DNA of 63,790 nucleotides, the filler included, from Octopus bimaculoides (taxonomy: Eukaryota), in NCBI RefSeq assembly GCF_001194135.2. It is 7 parts of 7 records of this genome, joined end to end, with 100 filler letters (N's around TTAATTAATTAA, not from the genome) between each part and the next. Parts side by side here need not be neighbours in the genome. Positions count along the whole stretch, not along the records: positions 26,526 to 53,470 come from NC_068982.1; 6 more parts are not named here. The stretch is one strand, 5' to 3'. Positions 40,465-52,699 of the stretch are shown in pieces; position 1 is the stretch's first letter, and every line of letters begins with the position of its first letter. The translations under genes were made by a program, and so were the position numbers. The notes beneath the pieces are model-generated. The model worked only from the letters and a program-made list of their open reading frames with translations, searched no databases and was not told where the DNA came from.

Positions 40465-41627
40465 ATAATTTTAGATTTGGGTGTACATCTGGTAGTATGA
40501 GGTTTTCAAAGAGATATTTATCTGCAGGGCAACTGACCTCTGTGATGGTACATACCTTTGCCCCTCTGTCATAAACAACAATACCCGACCTGTTATGTTT
40601 ACATTTGACAGACGTTTTGATGGGAATATTTCACCAGTATTCCCTGAGTTGCTGTTTATGAATGTATTCCATACCAGAGGGATTTTCTAAGTTTATTTCA
40701 GGACAGTCTTTTTTGCGGATGACATTGTGAATTGTTTTAGCAACAACATCGTGTCGCATAAGGAGGAAGTACCGTGACGACATTTTAGGACAGCTGCTAA
40801 TCACATCCGGCTGCACCTTGAGATTACAAGAGCGTCACTGTCTCTCTAGTTCACCAGGTACTTTGTGGTAATCTCCTGTTCCTGGATTGCAAACGCATAG
40901 CCTTCATGGTGTGATGTGATGTAGTGGTCTTGTGTCAATTCTGCAGTCTTCTTCAAGCTTCCGGGCAACATATCCATGCATAGTCTTTTTTTACTGAGTG
41001 CTTTCCATCCAGGTCTCCTCTGAGGTAGGAGCGCACAACTGTTTTGTGGCTGTATAGGAGATCATCAGGAAGAGAGTGCTTCTTGAGGAGCTCACTGCCA
41101 ACTCGTACAATATTACTCACTTCACTTTTCAGTACTGCATTAATATATTTGTTTTTGCTGCTGTTGTTTAGGTGCTGCCTGAGTGATACCATACGGCATT
41201 CGAAAGCCATCTGCACTGATCTCAGGCCTCTACCACCTTCATTTCTTCTTACGTAGAGCCTGTCAACATCACTGTTTCTGTGGAAATTCCCAGTTGTTGT
41301 CAGGATCTTACAGGTGTTAATATCTATGGAGTAGATTTCCTCTACAGACCAGTGAAGTATCCCAAATGTTGGGCTCAGTACTGCTACTGCAAATGCACTG
41401 TGGGATATTGTTTTGTTGTAAGGGGAGAGTTCCGACTGCCATATTTTCTTAAGTCTGGTGTAATATTCTCGGGTTACTCCATCTTTATTCGCAGTACCTT
41501 CATGTGATACATTTTCGTCTCTGCCTAGAAACTTGTAACATTCCTTGTGTGGAATGGGGGAGATAGAGAGACCGTTGATGCACAGGTTTTGGGTTAGGGG
41601 GACTGACTTTCCTCGTTCTAGAACCAA
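40465..41627 (-). mobile_element. R4-type RLE LINE copy 1 (decayed)
   Basis: CYKFLG...IWQSELSPYNK...DVDRLYVRRNEGGRGL...SSCPKMSSRYFLLMRHDVVAK. Confidence 0.88.
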
Positions 41628-42189
41628 ATATGTATGTATGTATGTATGTATGTTCTTCTCTTTCTCTTTTTAATTTTTAAAGTAAATTTTGACCGGCCAC
41701 TTACTTGGTAGCAAGGTTATGAAGGAAAAGATCTAGTTTTAACCTTCATCTTTAGAAGGTCTTGCAGATTTCTATGGCCCCTGATATCATGATCATTCGG
41801 ATTCTCTCCCCCAAAATCTCAAGTTCAGCAGGTTGGTATCTATCCTATTGCTCTATGAATAATAGGTATGAAGCTGAAGGCTTATCTTAGGTACTGGATT
41901 TGCAAACTCCTTATTAATGGTTCGCAAATATCCTCTTTTTCAATATGTTTGTATGTTTGTCTGCATCCATCCATCCATCCATGCACGTATGTGTGTGTGT
42001 ATGTATATATGCATGTATGTCTGTGTACGTGCGTGTGTGCTTGTGTATATATGTAAGTGTGTATGTACGTACGTATGCATATATGTATGAGTTTATGTAT
42101 GTATGTATGTATGTATGCATATGCGTGTGAATATGTGTGCATATAGATAGATAAATAGATAGATAGATAGATAGATAGATTGATCGATT

Positions 42190-42520
42190 GATTGATAGAA
42201 AAAAAAGAAAGTCGTTTTGCAACAACGTAGTTTTGGGCTCATTTCCATTACACAGAACCTTGGACAAGTGTCTTCTACTATAGTCCCGGGCCGACCAAAT
42301 ACCTTGTAAGTAAATTTGATACACAGGACAGTTCGTGTGTGTGTGCATCTTCGTGTGTGCATCCCCACCACCGCTGTTGGTTTGTTTAGGTCCCCGTGAG
42401 CTAGTAGTTCGGCAAAAGAGAAAGAGTAAGGATCGATTTGTTCGACTAAAATGCTCAAGGTGATGCCCCAGCATGGACACAATCAAATACCTAAAGCAGA
42501 AAAAATAATAAAAGGCACGT
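42190..42520 (-). mobile_element. Diverged SINE family C
   Basis: ccttggacaagtgtcttctactatag and tagttcggcaaaagag segments. Confidence 0.65.
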
Positions 42521-43036
42521 GCGCACACACACATACACACAGACATACGATCGCGCGCACAAACACATACACATGTATGCATGTATTTATACACCCACCT
42601 TTCGTAACTTTTCTAAGGGAGATAACTTCACAAAGCCAACTATCCTGCAGTGATCTCCCTTAGATTAACTTTTCTTTAAAATCACCATTTACTAAAATAT
42701 GCGCCTGATGCACACACGCACAGCTGTCATTTTGACAATTGGAAATTGCACGCTTAGGAAGGGAGATAATCTAAAAATAAGGGAGATAAACGCAAACTAA
42801 TCTTCAAGTAGGTTGCTTCCCTTGTTTTAGTTACTTCTTTTGTATTAAATATTATTTCCTATTAATGATAGTTTTTTTAAATTCGCATGGTTTTTGTCAA
42901 CTTGCGGGAATTAGAACGTCAATTTAATCCTAGCGGCATCGAAATTTGGAACAAAGGAACATAACTAAGTTTGGTTCACGGACTTTATTCATAATTTAGT
43001 AATTAAACTTGGAAAAAAGATAAAACATCCATTATA

Positions 43037-43238
43037 CCCTTTTACTTGTTTCAGTCATTTCACTGCGGCCATATATATATATATACGACGGGCTTCTTTC
43101 AGTTTCCGTCTACCAAATCCACTCACAAGGCTTTAGTCGGCCCAAGGCTATAGTAGAAGACACCTGCCCAAGGTGCCACGCAGTGGGAATGAACCCGCAA
43201 CCATGTGGTTGGTAAGCAAGGTACTTACCATACAGCCC
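43037..43238 (-). mobile_element. SINE family C with internal deletion
   Basis: Tail joined directly to the internal (TA)n at 43070. Confidence 0.85.
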
Positions 43239-43848
43239 AGCATTTACTAATCCCCAGGTTTATGAAAATTTTGCGTTTCTTAAAGAATCTTGTCATTATA
43301 TAGGTTTTCATAACGTGACATTTATTTTCCGTTAAGTTTCATTTCACGTGAACGTCATTGGAAAGTACATTTAACGTTATGGAATTCTACATTACGTCAG
43401 GATTTTCAAGAAGGTAACGCTTTCGTCACACTTGAGATGCTCGCATATTAAAACTACTTTCTTAAACAACAGTTTAAAACATCGTAAATATAACATCTTA
43501 ACAACTCTTCGGCAAACAACAGAACGCCATAAATAGTGAATTTTATTCATAACTGACCAAATAATCTGAATAGGCTTTGATGAGCTTATCTTAGCGGTAA
43601 GAAACTCTCAAGAGAGCTGAAACCCAGGTCTTCACCCCAGGCAAATGTTTCGGCCTTTAACTTCTTACACTCTAAAGGGGACGGGCTGTGTCATGGCCAT
43701 GACTCCTGGATGCCTTTCTGTTGACACTTTTTAACCACTTGGATACCAGACACTTTGTGCATTTAAACCGCCAGGAGATTTCATCTAGTTGGAACTCCTC
43801 TCCATTAACTCAGCTTTCAAATTTATACTTAAAAAAGAAATAACGTTG

Positions 43849-43862
43849 GTTGTCATAGCAAC
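43849..43862. promoter_or_regulatory. RFX X-box-like palindrome GTTGTCATAGCAAC
   Basis: Matches the GTTGYCATRGCAAC consensus, in non-repeat sequence. Confidence 0.45.
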
Positions 43863-44188
43863 GATGAAACATTAACGCTACCACAATGAATCGCCCAGAG
43901 TTACTTCCCTTAGATTTCAAACTCTGTCATGGTCTTCCCCCTCCCCCCTTCTCGTCTAGATCCAACTGGAACACCTCTCTGCAGTCTCCTTTAGGACTTT
44001 GACCTTGTTCTTCCCAGGAACTAAGAGTTGTTTCATTAGATCATAAACAGATTTCCCGTAGCAGTTCAGCAAAGGAGACCAATAAAATAAGTACCAAACT
44101 TGAAAAGGAAAGTACTGGGGTCAATTTAGTTTCACTGAAATTCCTAAGACTGGGTCCAGTGGCTGAGATAAGTAAAAGATAATACATA

Positions 44189-44231
<43 letters not shown>

Positions 44232-44554
44232 GTTAAGCCAAGTCAGTTGTGGTATATATAGAGAGACATATATACGAGTTTATTGATGAAAATAAAACAA
44301 CAAAAATATAAACTCCAATCATGATTAAAATAACAAATTCCAATATTTTAACTTTTTTTCAGTTCTCTATCCATGTTGACTATCTCTGCAGAATGCATGG
44401 CTGAAAGATGCAATTACTGATGCAAATGAGAGTCAGTTATTTTGACGATCATATATGTTAAATTACAAGCTGATGATGTGACAAAAATAGGTGTTTTCAT
44501 TTTTACTTCTTTTTTTAAATCTTCATGGATATTTAACAGCTAATGTTTGAACAG

Positions 44555-44609
44555 TGAAATTTACAAAAGTAGATGGATTTTGTAAGGATTTAAGAATGAT
44601 GTATTTCAG
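44555..44609 (+). CDS. Candidate small internal exon (xKFTKVDGFCKDLRMMYF)
   Basis: ctaat branch-like site plus AG at 44553-44554; open frame; donor CAG|GTAACC at 44610; strong acceptor ttttcctttttctttttcag ending 44860. Confidence 0.3.
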
Positions 44610-45229
44610 GTAACCAGTAGCTTTTGATTATTTGCACTATAACTCTCTAGCTGCTTTGTACAGTCTCCAGTAAGACAATCTTCAACCACAGAAATATCAA
44701 ACAAAAAAATGTTGACATGTATTGTCTCAACGTTACATCACACACATGAAGCATACAAAGATATGGTCAAGCCATTTGTTTGTTTAACATGCATAACAGA
44801 GAAAGAGTGGAATTCTTTCATGAATTCCTAAAAATATCCATTTTCCTTTTTCTTTTTCAGGGAGAGATAAGTGAAAAAAATAGATTAAAATTAATACAAA
44901 TAATATAAAAAAAAAAAACTTTGATCCTAACAACTTATTCAAATGGGTCTCATCAGTAAAAACTACCTCAATTTCTAGAGCTTTCTTTTAGAGTACAAAG
45001 ATCAGTTTCAGTAACTTCTTTCATGCACACATTCAGTTAGCGAGGAACTGCAAGATGACTTTGATCTCAGTACTTTATTAGCATTTTTTTTATTGACCAC
45101 AAAGGATACATGCAGAGTGACTCCCGCACGATTTTAACTCATAACGGCGATATTAGTTACTTTGCTACGATGTCCATATTGGTTTTGCAAAAATTGTATT
45201 AAACATCATGTCTGCTTCTTAAATCAAAT

Positions 45230-46290
45230 GTGTGTGGCAGTAGTGGTGTCCCACAAGGTACTGTGTTGGGCCCACTCCTCTTCATTATTTACATGAATGA
45301 CATAGTAGATGTCATCAAACATTCTACATTGAAAATCTTTGCGGATGATTCCAAACTCCAGAAAGCCATAAACGGCATGAGAGATCAAACATGCCTTCAG
45401 TCAGATCTGTTTGCTATTGTCCAATGGGTGAAAAAAAAAACAATATGCTTTTAAATGAAGGTAAGTTTGATTTGATCCACTTTGGGAAAGAGGAAACTCT
45501 GAAATTACCATATGCTCTTCCCTCGGGCAACTTCCTAGTGTTATCCAACAACACTAGAGATCTTGGAGTAATTGTTGATAACAATCTAAGCTGGAGTTCT
45601 CACGTAAACAGCAAGGTTGACTTGGCCCATAAGATGTGTTCCTGGATTCCGAGAACTTTCCGATCTAGAGATGCCTACACCATCATCCTTCTCTACTCTA
45701 CTTTTGCCCGACCCCACCTTGAGTACTGTTGTTGCCCACTGTGGTCCCCACCCCACATATGAAGCAACTCACTATGAAAGTAGAAGCACTCTGGGAGTAA
45801 ATGACAAGAAAAATAGACGGCATGAGAGGTATTGATTATTGGGGGTCAACTAAAAAAACTTAATCTCTACTCTCTCCAACGCAGCCAGGAACACTACATC
45901 ATTTGAGTTATGTGGAAAATATTCCATCAATATTGCACAAATGACATTGGCATCAATTTTAAAATCCATCCAAGACTTGGCCCCCATGCTATCCACCCAC
46001 TACAAAAGTCAAACTCGGTACACATAGCAACATTACGTCACAATTACTTTACCTCAATTGGTCCAGTTCTCTTTAATACCATACCAAAATACGCCAAAAC
46101 GGAAACGGATCCCATAAAATTCAAATGTTCACTGGACAAATTTCTTCAAAACATCCCGGACCAACCTCCTTACACCCAGATATGTCTAGAGTGGGCTATG
46201 GTGCCCCATATACGACTAAAAGACTTCACCAGGTGGTACTATTGAATTAGACATGGCCTGGGCCTATACTGGCCGAAACCTATCAAAGTT
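45230..46290 (+). mobile_element. 5'-truncated CR1/L2-type LINE (RT domain to 3' end), frameshifted
   Basis: GVPQGTVLGPLLFIIYMND, IFADDSKL, RDLGVIVDNNLSW, RPHLEYC, DKFLQNIPDQP. Confidence 0.92.
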
Positions 46291-46484
46291 ATATATATAT
46301 ATATACATTTACATATCTAGACACATACATATATACATAAATATGTGCATGTATTTATATGTACATATATTCATGCACACATAAGAACATAGGTGCAAAA
46401 CAAGGTGGAGAAAACTATTTGAATACCAATCGTAGAGTCAAAATATCTTATTGAAGCTTCAATAATACACATACACACATATAT

Positions 46485-46645
46485 ACGACTGGCTTCTTTC
46501 AGTTTCTGTCTACCACATCCACTCACAAGGCTTTGATCGGCCTAAGGCCTATAGTAGAAGACACTTGCCCAAGGGGCTACACAGCAGAGCTGAACCTGGA
46601 AACATGTGGTTCAGAAGCAAGCTTCTTAACACACAGCCACGCCTG

Positions 46646-46650
<5 letters not shown>
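46485..46650 (-). mobile_element. SINE family C, 5' half
   Basis: Matches the family C head. Confidence 0.8.
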
Positions 46651-46693
<43 letters not shown>

Positions 46694-47013
46694 NNNNNNN
46701 NNNNNNNNNNNNNNNNNNNNNNNNNNNNNNNNNNNNNNNNNNNNNNNNNNNNNNNNNNNNNNNNNNNNNNNNNNNNNNNNNNNNNNNNNNNNNNNNNNNN
46801 NNNNNNNNNNNNNNNNNNNNNNNNNNNNNNNNNNNNNNNNNNNNNNNNNNNNNNNNNNNNNNNNNNNNNNNNNNNNNNNNNNNNNNNNNNNNNNNNNNNN
46901 NNNNNNNNNNNNNNNNNNNNNNNNTGTGTGTGTGTGTATATATTATATATATCCAAATGTGTATGAATATATATATGTGTGTGTGTGTGTATGTGTGTAT
47001 GTATATATATTTA

Positions 47014-47062
<49 letters not shown>

Positions 47063-49213
47063 ACAACGAAGATAGTCAAACCTCATACAGGGATATTTAT
47101 CCAAGACACACTGGTTTATTAAAATTTTGAAGAGATAATTCTTCAATTATTTATTTATAGTGATTGAATGTTCGTGCTGCACATTAGCTCAGTCTCCATC
47201 AAGTCAACACTGTCTGAACAGAAGCATGGAGTACAGTTCCTGAACCAGACATCATGTATCTTTCAGCAAGGCACCACTTTTCAAAAGCCCCAAGACACTC
47301 AACCATACAAGCACCAGTCAGGGTACTCTCTCTCTCTCTCGCACTCTATCTTTCTTTTTCTCTCCCTTCAGTTGCCACATCCTGAGTGTTCTGTAAGGTG
47401 AATAGTGAAGCAAGGGTGAAAGGATGTTTACTTGTGCCTGCATAGACACTCAAAGAAAATAGTAAAAATATGATACAACACCAAGCCTGTGACAGTTAGT
47501 TGTACTGTAGTAATTCATGACACCTGAACCAGAGCATATACAGCTTGACTGATCCACAGATTAATCTCACACCAATGGCTAAACTACTAGAATTCACATT
47601 TAAGCAATACTTATATTCACTATCCAGTTGTCCCATAGGAAATTAAGGGCTTTTTTATTATCGTAGTTTTAAAATGCCCTTTATTTCTTAAACGTCCAAA
47701 TATGGTGTTTGTCTCTGTGGGAGACCTACTGAAAAGGTTATCAAAACCCTGCTTAAATACTGATACTTTTAGTTATCTTATTTTTCAATAGTTCCCTGCC
47801 AATTATTATGATTTTGTTCCTTAAGTATTGGTGACTTCCCTGTTACCTTCACAAATGGTAAGCCATGCTGACATTTTTGCCTCTTCCATGGGTAACAGCA
47901 CTATGAAGTTCCTCTAGCCTTACTTTTAGTGGATGGGTGGCTGGATAGACCTTTATACTCATTGTCACATCTATACATAATAATACATACAGATCTTGTT
48001 CTTGGAGCGTTTATTCAGGCTTCAACATCTGGGAAGAGCAAGAGAAATGTGAAGTCAAGGTACAAGGTGAATATGACATAATAGAATATGATGCAGGACA
48101 GAGGAACAGAAAAGGTAGGTGGGCACATATGTAACTGTTTTTAATTTGACTGGCAACAGCTGATGAAATTAAGTAACATGAATATCGAAATGTTCCATGA
48201 GATAATCTGTGGTAAAAATTCAATATTTTTTCATGCATATTTGAAGGTCATTCACATTTGGTTGATTGATTCACATAGAGTCATTCCACCCACTAACTCT
48301 TGACTCATTTGTATACCTGGCTTACACGAACAAAAACTATATTACCTGGTTACATATGTGTCTCATATATATAATTACACACACATATGTATGTTACCAG
48401 TCTGCTTTCATTTAGATACCCAATTACTTTGATATTCCTACAGTTTTATTGAAACAGATAAGACAAATTGTAAGTGACATACATAGATCAGTGACATCAC
48501 AGTCAATACTAGCTTCTCATAATTATATGCTGTATTTACTCCTTTTCTAAATCAATAGAGATTTTGTTCAGAAAGTTTAGGACATTACATTAAAAACAGT
48601 TGCATTGACTGACATACTAGCTGCATTAGTAGCTACCAAGCTGTTGCTATATTCAGTAATCAAAAAGGGACCAAGTTCAAATCCTGCTGGAATCGACTTA
48701 GTTTTGAAAACTCCAATGTGGTTAAATAAATTTGGCAGAACTGTTAGGATATCAAACAATATGCCTTTCAGTATTAAGTTATGGCTCTTTACATTGAGTT
48801 CAATTCCTACTGAGATCAATTTTGTCTTTTATTCCTCAAGAGATTAAATTTTGTCTACATTGAAACATGAAACTGCCTGCTCAACAGATGAAAAACAGAA
48901 TAGTTTAAGCCTACAAACCAGTGTAAATGCACCCAACATTTTTATACTGTTGCAATCCACTTGTGTTACTAAAACAAATTTTCTATTCCTAGACAAGACC
49001 TACTGTCAAAATATGTAAAAATTGCTTTAGAACATCATTACCAACTGAAAATTCATTAATTCTGTTTCTTCAAATGTAATATTATACCAAAAAAAAAAAA
49101 AAAGACTAATTTAAAATGCAACAGAAAAAAAAGGGATAAAATTCTTTTGTCCAAAGCCACAAACTTACTAGATCATGAATATACAACATAGAAATACGTA
49201 TATACAGATACAA

Positions 49214-49246
<33 letters not shown>

Positions 49247-49636
49247 TATATATTTGCACATGAAGGTGCATGAAATATTTGGCTCACAATTGTAACTTTA
49301 ATTCGCAGTGGTGCCATTGTTTCCTTGGTTACGATGCTTTATTTATTTCACATTGTTCCAGTCCATTCAGCAAGCAGAAATAGGTAGCACTTGTATTTCA
49401 TAGCACCAGCCTTGTCACATTCCATGTTACACTAACTCTCTCTAAGAACTATATTAAAGGTACGTGTGTCTATGGAGTGCTCAGCCACTTTCATGTTACT
49501 TTCATGAGTAAGCTGTTCCACTTATCGGCTCAATCAGAACCCTCGTCATCATAACTGACAGAGTGCCAGTTATACATATATATGCATATATATATATATT
49601 TGAACACACATATACATAAGTGTGAGTGTATGTATG

Positions 49637-49670
<34 letters not shown>

Positions 49671-49957
49671 ATGCAAGAGAGTTAGGGGTTGAGGATTCAA
49701 CCCACTAAGGGATAGTATCTATCCAATATACTGCTGGGAGGGTACCCAATTATTGTTACACTAGTGTTATACCAAGTGTAATAAGTGGGAGCGGGTAAAA
49801 GGGGGAGGGGGGTTGTTTCACCCTAAATTTATATATCGATTAGAAAATGGAGGATAATATGCTGAACCCAACGACTTGCAGACAGTGTATCCCGTTGAAT
49901 TCTGTCTGCAAGTTGTTGGGTTCAGCATATTACCCTCCATTTTCTAATTGATATATG

Positions 49958-50027
<70 letters not shown>

Positions 50028-50970
50028 NNNNNNNNNNNNNNNNNNNNNNNNNNNNNNNNNNNNNNNNNNNNNNNNNNNNNNNNNNNNNNNNNNNNNNNNN
50101 NNNNNNNNNNNNNNNNNNNNNNNNNNNNNNNNNNNNNNNNNNNNNNNNNNNNNNNNNNNNNNNNNNNNNNNNNNNNNNNNNNNNNNNNNNNNNNNNNNNN
50201 NNNNNNNNNNNNNNNNNNNNNNNNNNNNNNNNNNNNNNNNNNNNNNNNNNNNNNNNNNNNNNNNNNNNNNNNNNNNNNNNNNNNNNNNNNNNNNNNNNNN
50301 NNNNNNNNNNNNNNNNNNNNNNNNNNNNNNNNNNNNNNNNNNNNNNNNNNNNNNNNNNNNNNNNNNNNNNNNNNNNNNNNNNNNNNNNNNNNNNNNNNNN
50401 NNNNNNNNNNNNNNNNNNNNNNNNNNNNNNNNNNNNNNNNNNNNNNNNNNNNNNNNNNNNNNNNNNNNNNNNNNNNNNNNNNNNNNNNNNNNNNNNNNNN
50501 NNNNNNNNNNNNNNNNNNNNNNNNNNNNNNNNNNNNNNNNNNNNNNNNNNNNNNNNNNNNNNNNNNNNNNNNNNNNNNNNNNNNNNNNNNNNNNNNNNNN
50601 NNNNNNNNNNNNNNNNNNNNNNNNNNNNNNNNNNNNNNNNNNNNNNNNNNNNNNNNNNNNNNNNNNNNNNNNNNNNNNNNNNNNNNNNNNNNNNNNNNNN
50701 NNNNNNNNNNNNNNNNNNNNNNNNNNNNNNNNNNNNNNNNNNNNNNNNNNNNNNNNNNNNNNNNNNNNNNNNNNNNNNNNNNNNNNNNNNNNNNNNNNNN
50801 NNNNNNNNNNNNNNNNNNNNNNNNNNNNNNNNNNNNNNNNNNNNNNNNNNNNNNNNNNNNNNNNNNNNNNNNNNNNNNNNNNNNNNNNNNNNNNNNNNNN
50901 NNNNNNNNNNNNNNNNNNNNNNNNNNNNNNNNNNNNNNNNNNNNNNNNNNNNNNNNNNNNNNNNATATAC

Positions 50971-51001
<31 letters not shown>

Positions 51002-51028
51002 CATATATATATATATACATATATATAC

Positions 51029-51059
<31 letters not shown>

Positions 51060-51152
51060 CATATATATATATACATATATATACATATATATATATATAT
51101 ACATATATACATATATATATATATATGAGTGTGTGCATAAATGTGTGTATTT

Positions 51153-51183
<31 letters not shown>

Positions 51184-51329
51184 ATTACAAAACAGGGAAA
51201 AGAAAATAGACAGATTGTCATTGCATAATGGTATAACAAGACCTCAATCTAAGAGAAAGAAAAAAAAAATGTCAGGCCCACTAACAAGAATATGTAGTTT
51301 CTTTTCTTTTTTTTATACAAATATCAAAT

Positions 51330-51335
51330 TTTATT
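51330..51335 (-). terminator. Candidate polyadenylation signal AATAAA for the SLC5 transcript
   Basis: About 140 nt downstream of the stop codon, followed by an A-rich tract. Confidence 0.4.
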
Positions 51336-51472
51336 TGTAGCAAACACACTACAAAATTAATACTGTTATATAACAAAATATACAAGAACCTGTTAGAAAA
51401 ACACTTAATCAAATACTTAAAGAAAAAAAATTTATGTAAATGCTCCCACTGCATCTAAGCATAATGAATAAA

Positions 51473-51678
51473 TTAAGCAAAATATATCATAAGAAAGCAG
51501 GCAATTATGAGAAGAGCAACAGACAAAATTGAAGTTGTTAGTCTCCATTTGCGATTTTCTTCTATGGAACGCTCCTCCAGAAAATCAGTAGTCATTTGTT
51601 TGGGTTGAGTGGCACTTTGCTCTTGGAAACAGCATATCCTATACATGAATTTCTTCCAGCAAGGTACAGGGGTAATTG
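51473..51678 (-). CDS. SLC5A: Terminal exon of an SLC5/SSS sodium-sugar cotransporter (SGLT-like)
   Basis: Pyrimidine-rich acceptor ...cttgtatctgttAG (51680-51679), phase 1, then ITPVPCWKKFMYRICC...RSIEENRKWRLTTSILSVALLIIACFLMIYFA*. The SIEE..W motif, final TM helix and YFA-stop match vertebrate SGLT C-termini. Paralogue not resolved; upstream exons not recognised in the window. Confidence 0.85.
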
Positions 51679-51868
51679 CTAACAGATACAAGTAGAGAGG
51701 AAAACAAAAGGAATATGATTTATAATTTACACATTGATATTTCAACAATGGATATTTACATAATATACACACACACACACTGAGAGAGAGAGAGACAGGC
51801 AGACAGAGACAGATAGACAGGCCATGCATATTGCATTCCAGTTTGATAATATATGCATATACTGTGTG

Positions 51869-52249
51869 TGTTGGCACTCCGTCGCTTACGATGTCGAGGG
51901 TTTCAGTTGATCCGATCAACAGAACAGCCTGCTCGTGAAATTAACGTGCAAGTGGCTGAGTACTCCACAGACATGTGTACCTTAAAGTAGTTCTCGGGGA
52001 TATTCAGCGTGACACAGTGTGACAAGGCTGACCCTTTGAATTACAGGTACAACAGAAACAGGAAGAAAGAGTGAGAGAAAGTTGTGGTGAAAGAGTACAG
52101 CAGGGTTCGCCACCATCCCCTGCCAGAGCCTCGTGGAGCTTTAGGTGTTTTCGCTCAATAAACACTCACAACGCCCGGTCTGGGAATCGAAACCGTGATC
52201 CTATGACCGCGAGTCCGCTGCCCTAACCACTGGGCCATTGCACCTCCAC
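51869..52249 (-). mobile_element. Full-length SINE family B in the last SLC5 intron
   Basis: Matches other B copies; candidate TSD atgcatata at 51853 and 52250. Confidence 0.92.
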
Positions 52250-52344
52250 ATGCATATAATACACATAAACATAAAGGTATGAATATTTATATTCATTTAT
52301 ACACACACATCTGTACACGAACATATAAGTACATAAATCTACAT

Positions 52345-52600
52345 AAATATCATCATCATTTAACATCCATGTTCCAGGCTGGCATGGGTTGAAAGGTTTT
52401 ATAAGATTCAATGGGCCCACGAACCACATCATACTTCAGTGTCTGCTTTGGCAAAATTTTTACAACTAGATATCCTTCCCAACACCAACACTTTACTAGG
52501 TCCTATTTTTGTGTCATCATTGCTAGTGAGATCACCATGCAGCTTGCAAGATTATAAATCCTAATGGAGCAACTTTACTTCAGAAAATAAGAGGTAAAAG
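52345..52600 (-). mobile_element. Diverged 3' part of SINE family D
   Basis: catcatcatttaacatcc...gcatgggttg is the reverse complement of the 52980-53117 tail. Confidence 0.65.
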
Positions 52601-52699
52601 TCTGAGAAGGAACCAGAACAGAATTGGTTTCTTGCTGTAGAGGAACTACATGATTAATTAGATTATGATCAGGTGAAGCTGGAAAGAATTAAAAATAGA

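Noticed and set aside
48577-48847. Overlapping 80-aa ORFs on both strands
   Set aside because: Contain decayed SINE-A fragments; no coding signature
51679-51919. N-terminal 80 aa of the 148-aa minus ORF
   Set aside because: SINE-B tail plus microsatellite upstream of a clear acceptor; intronic
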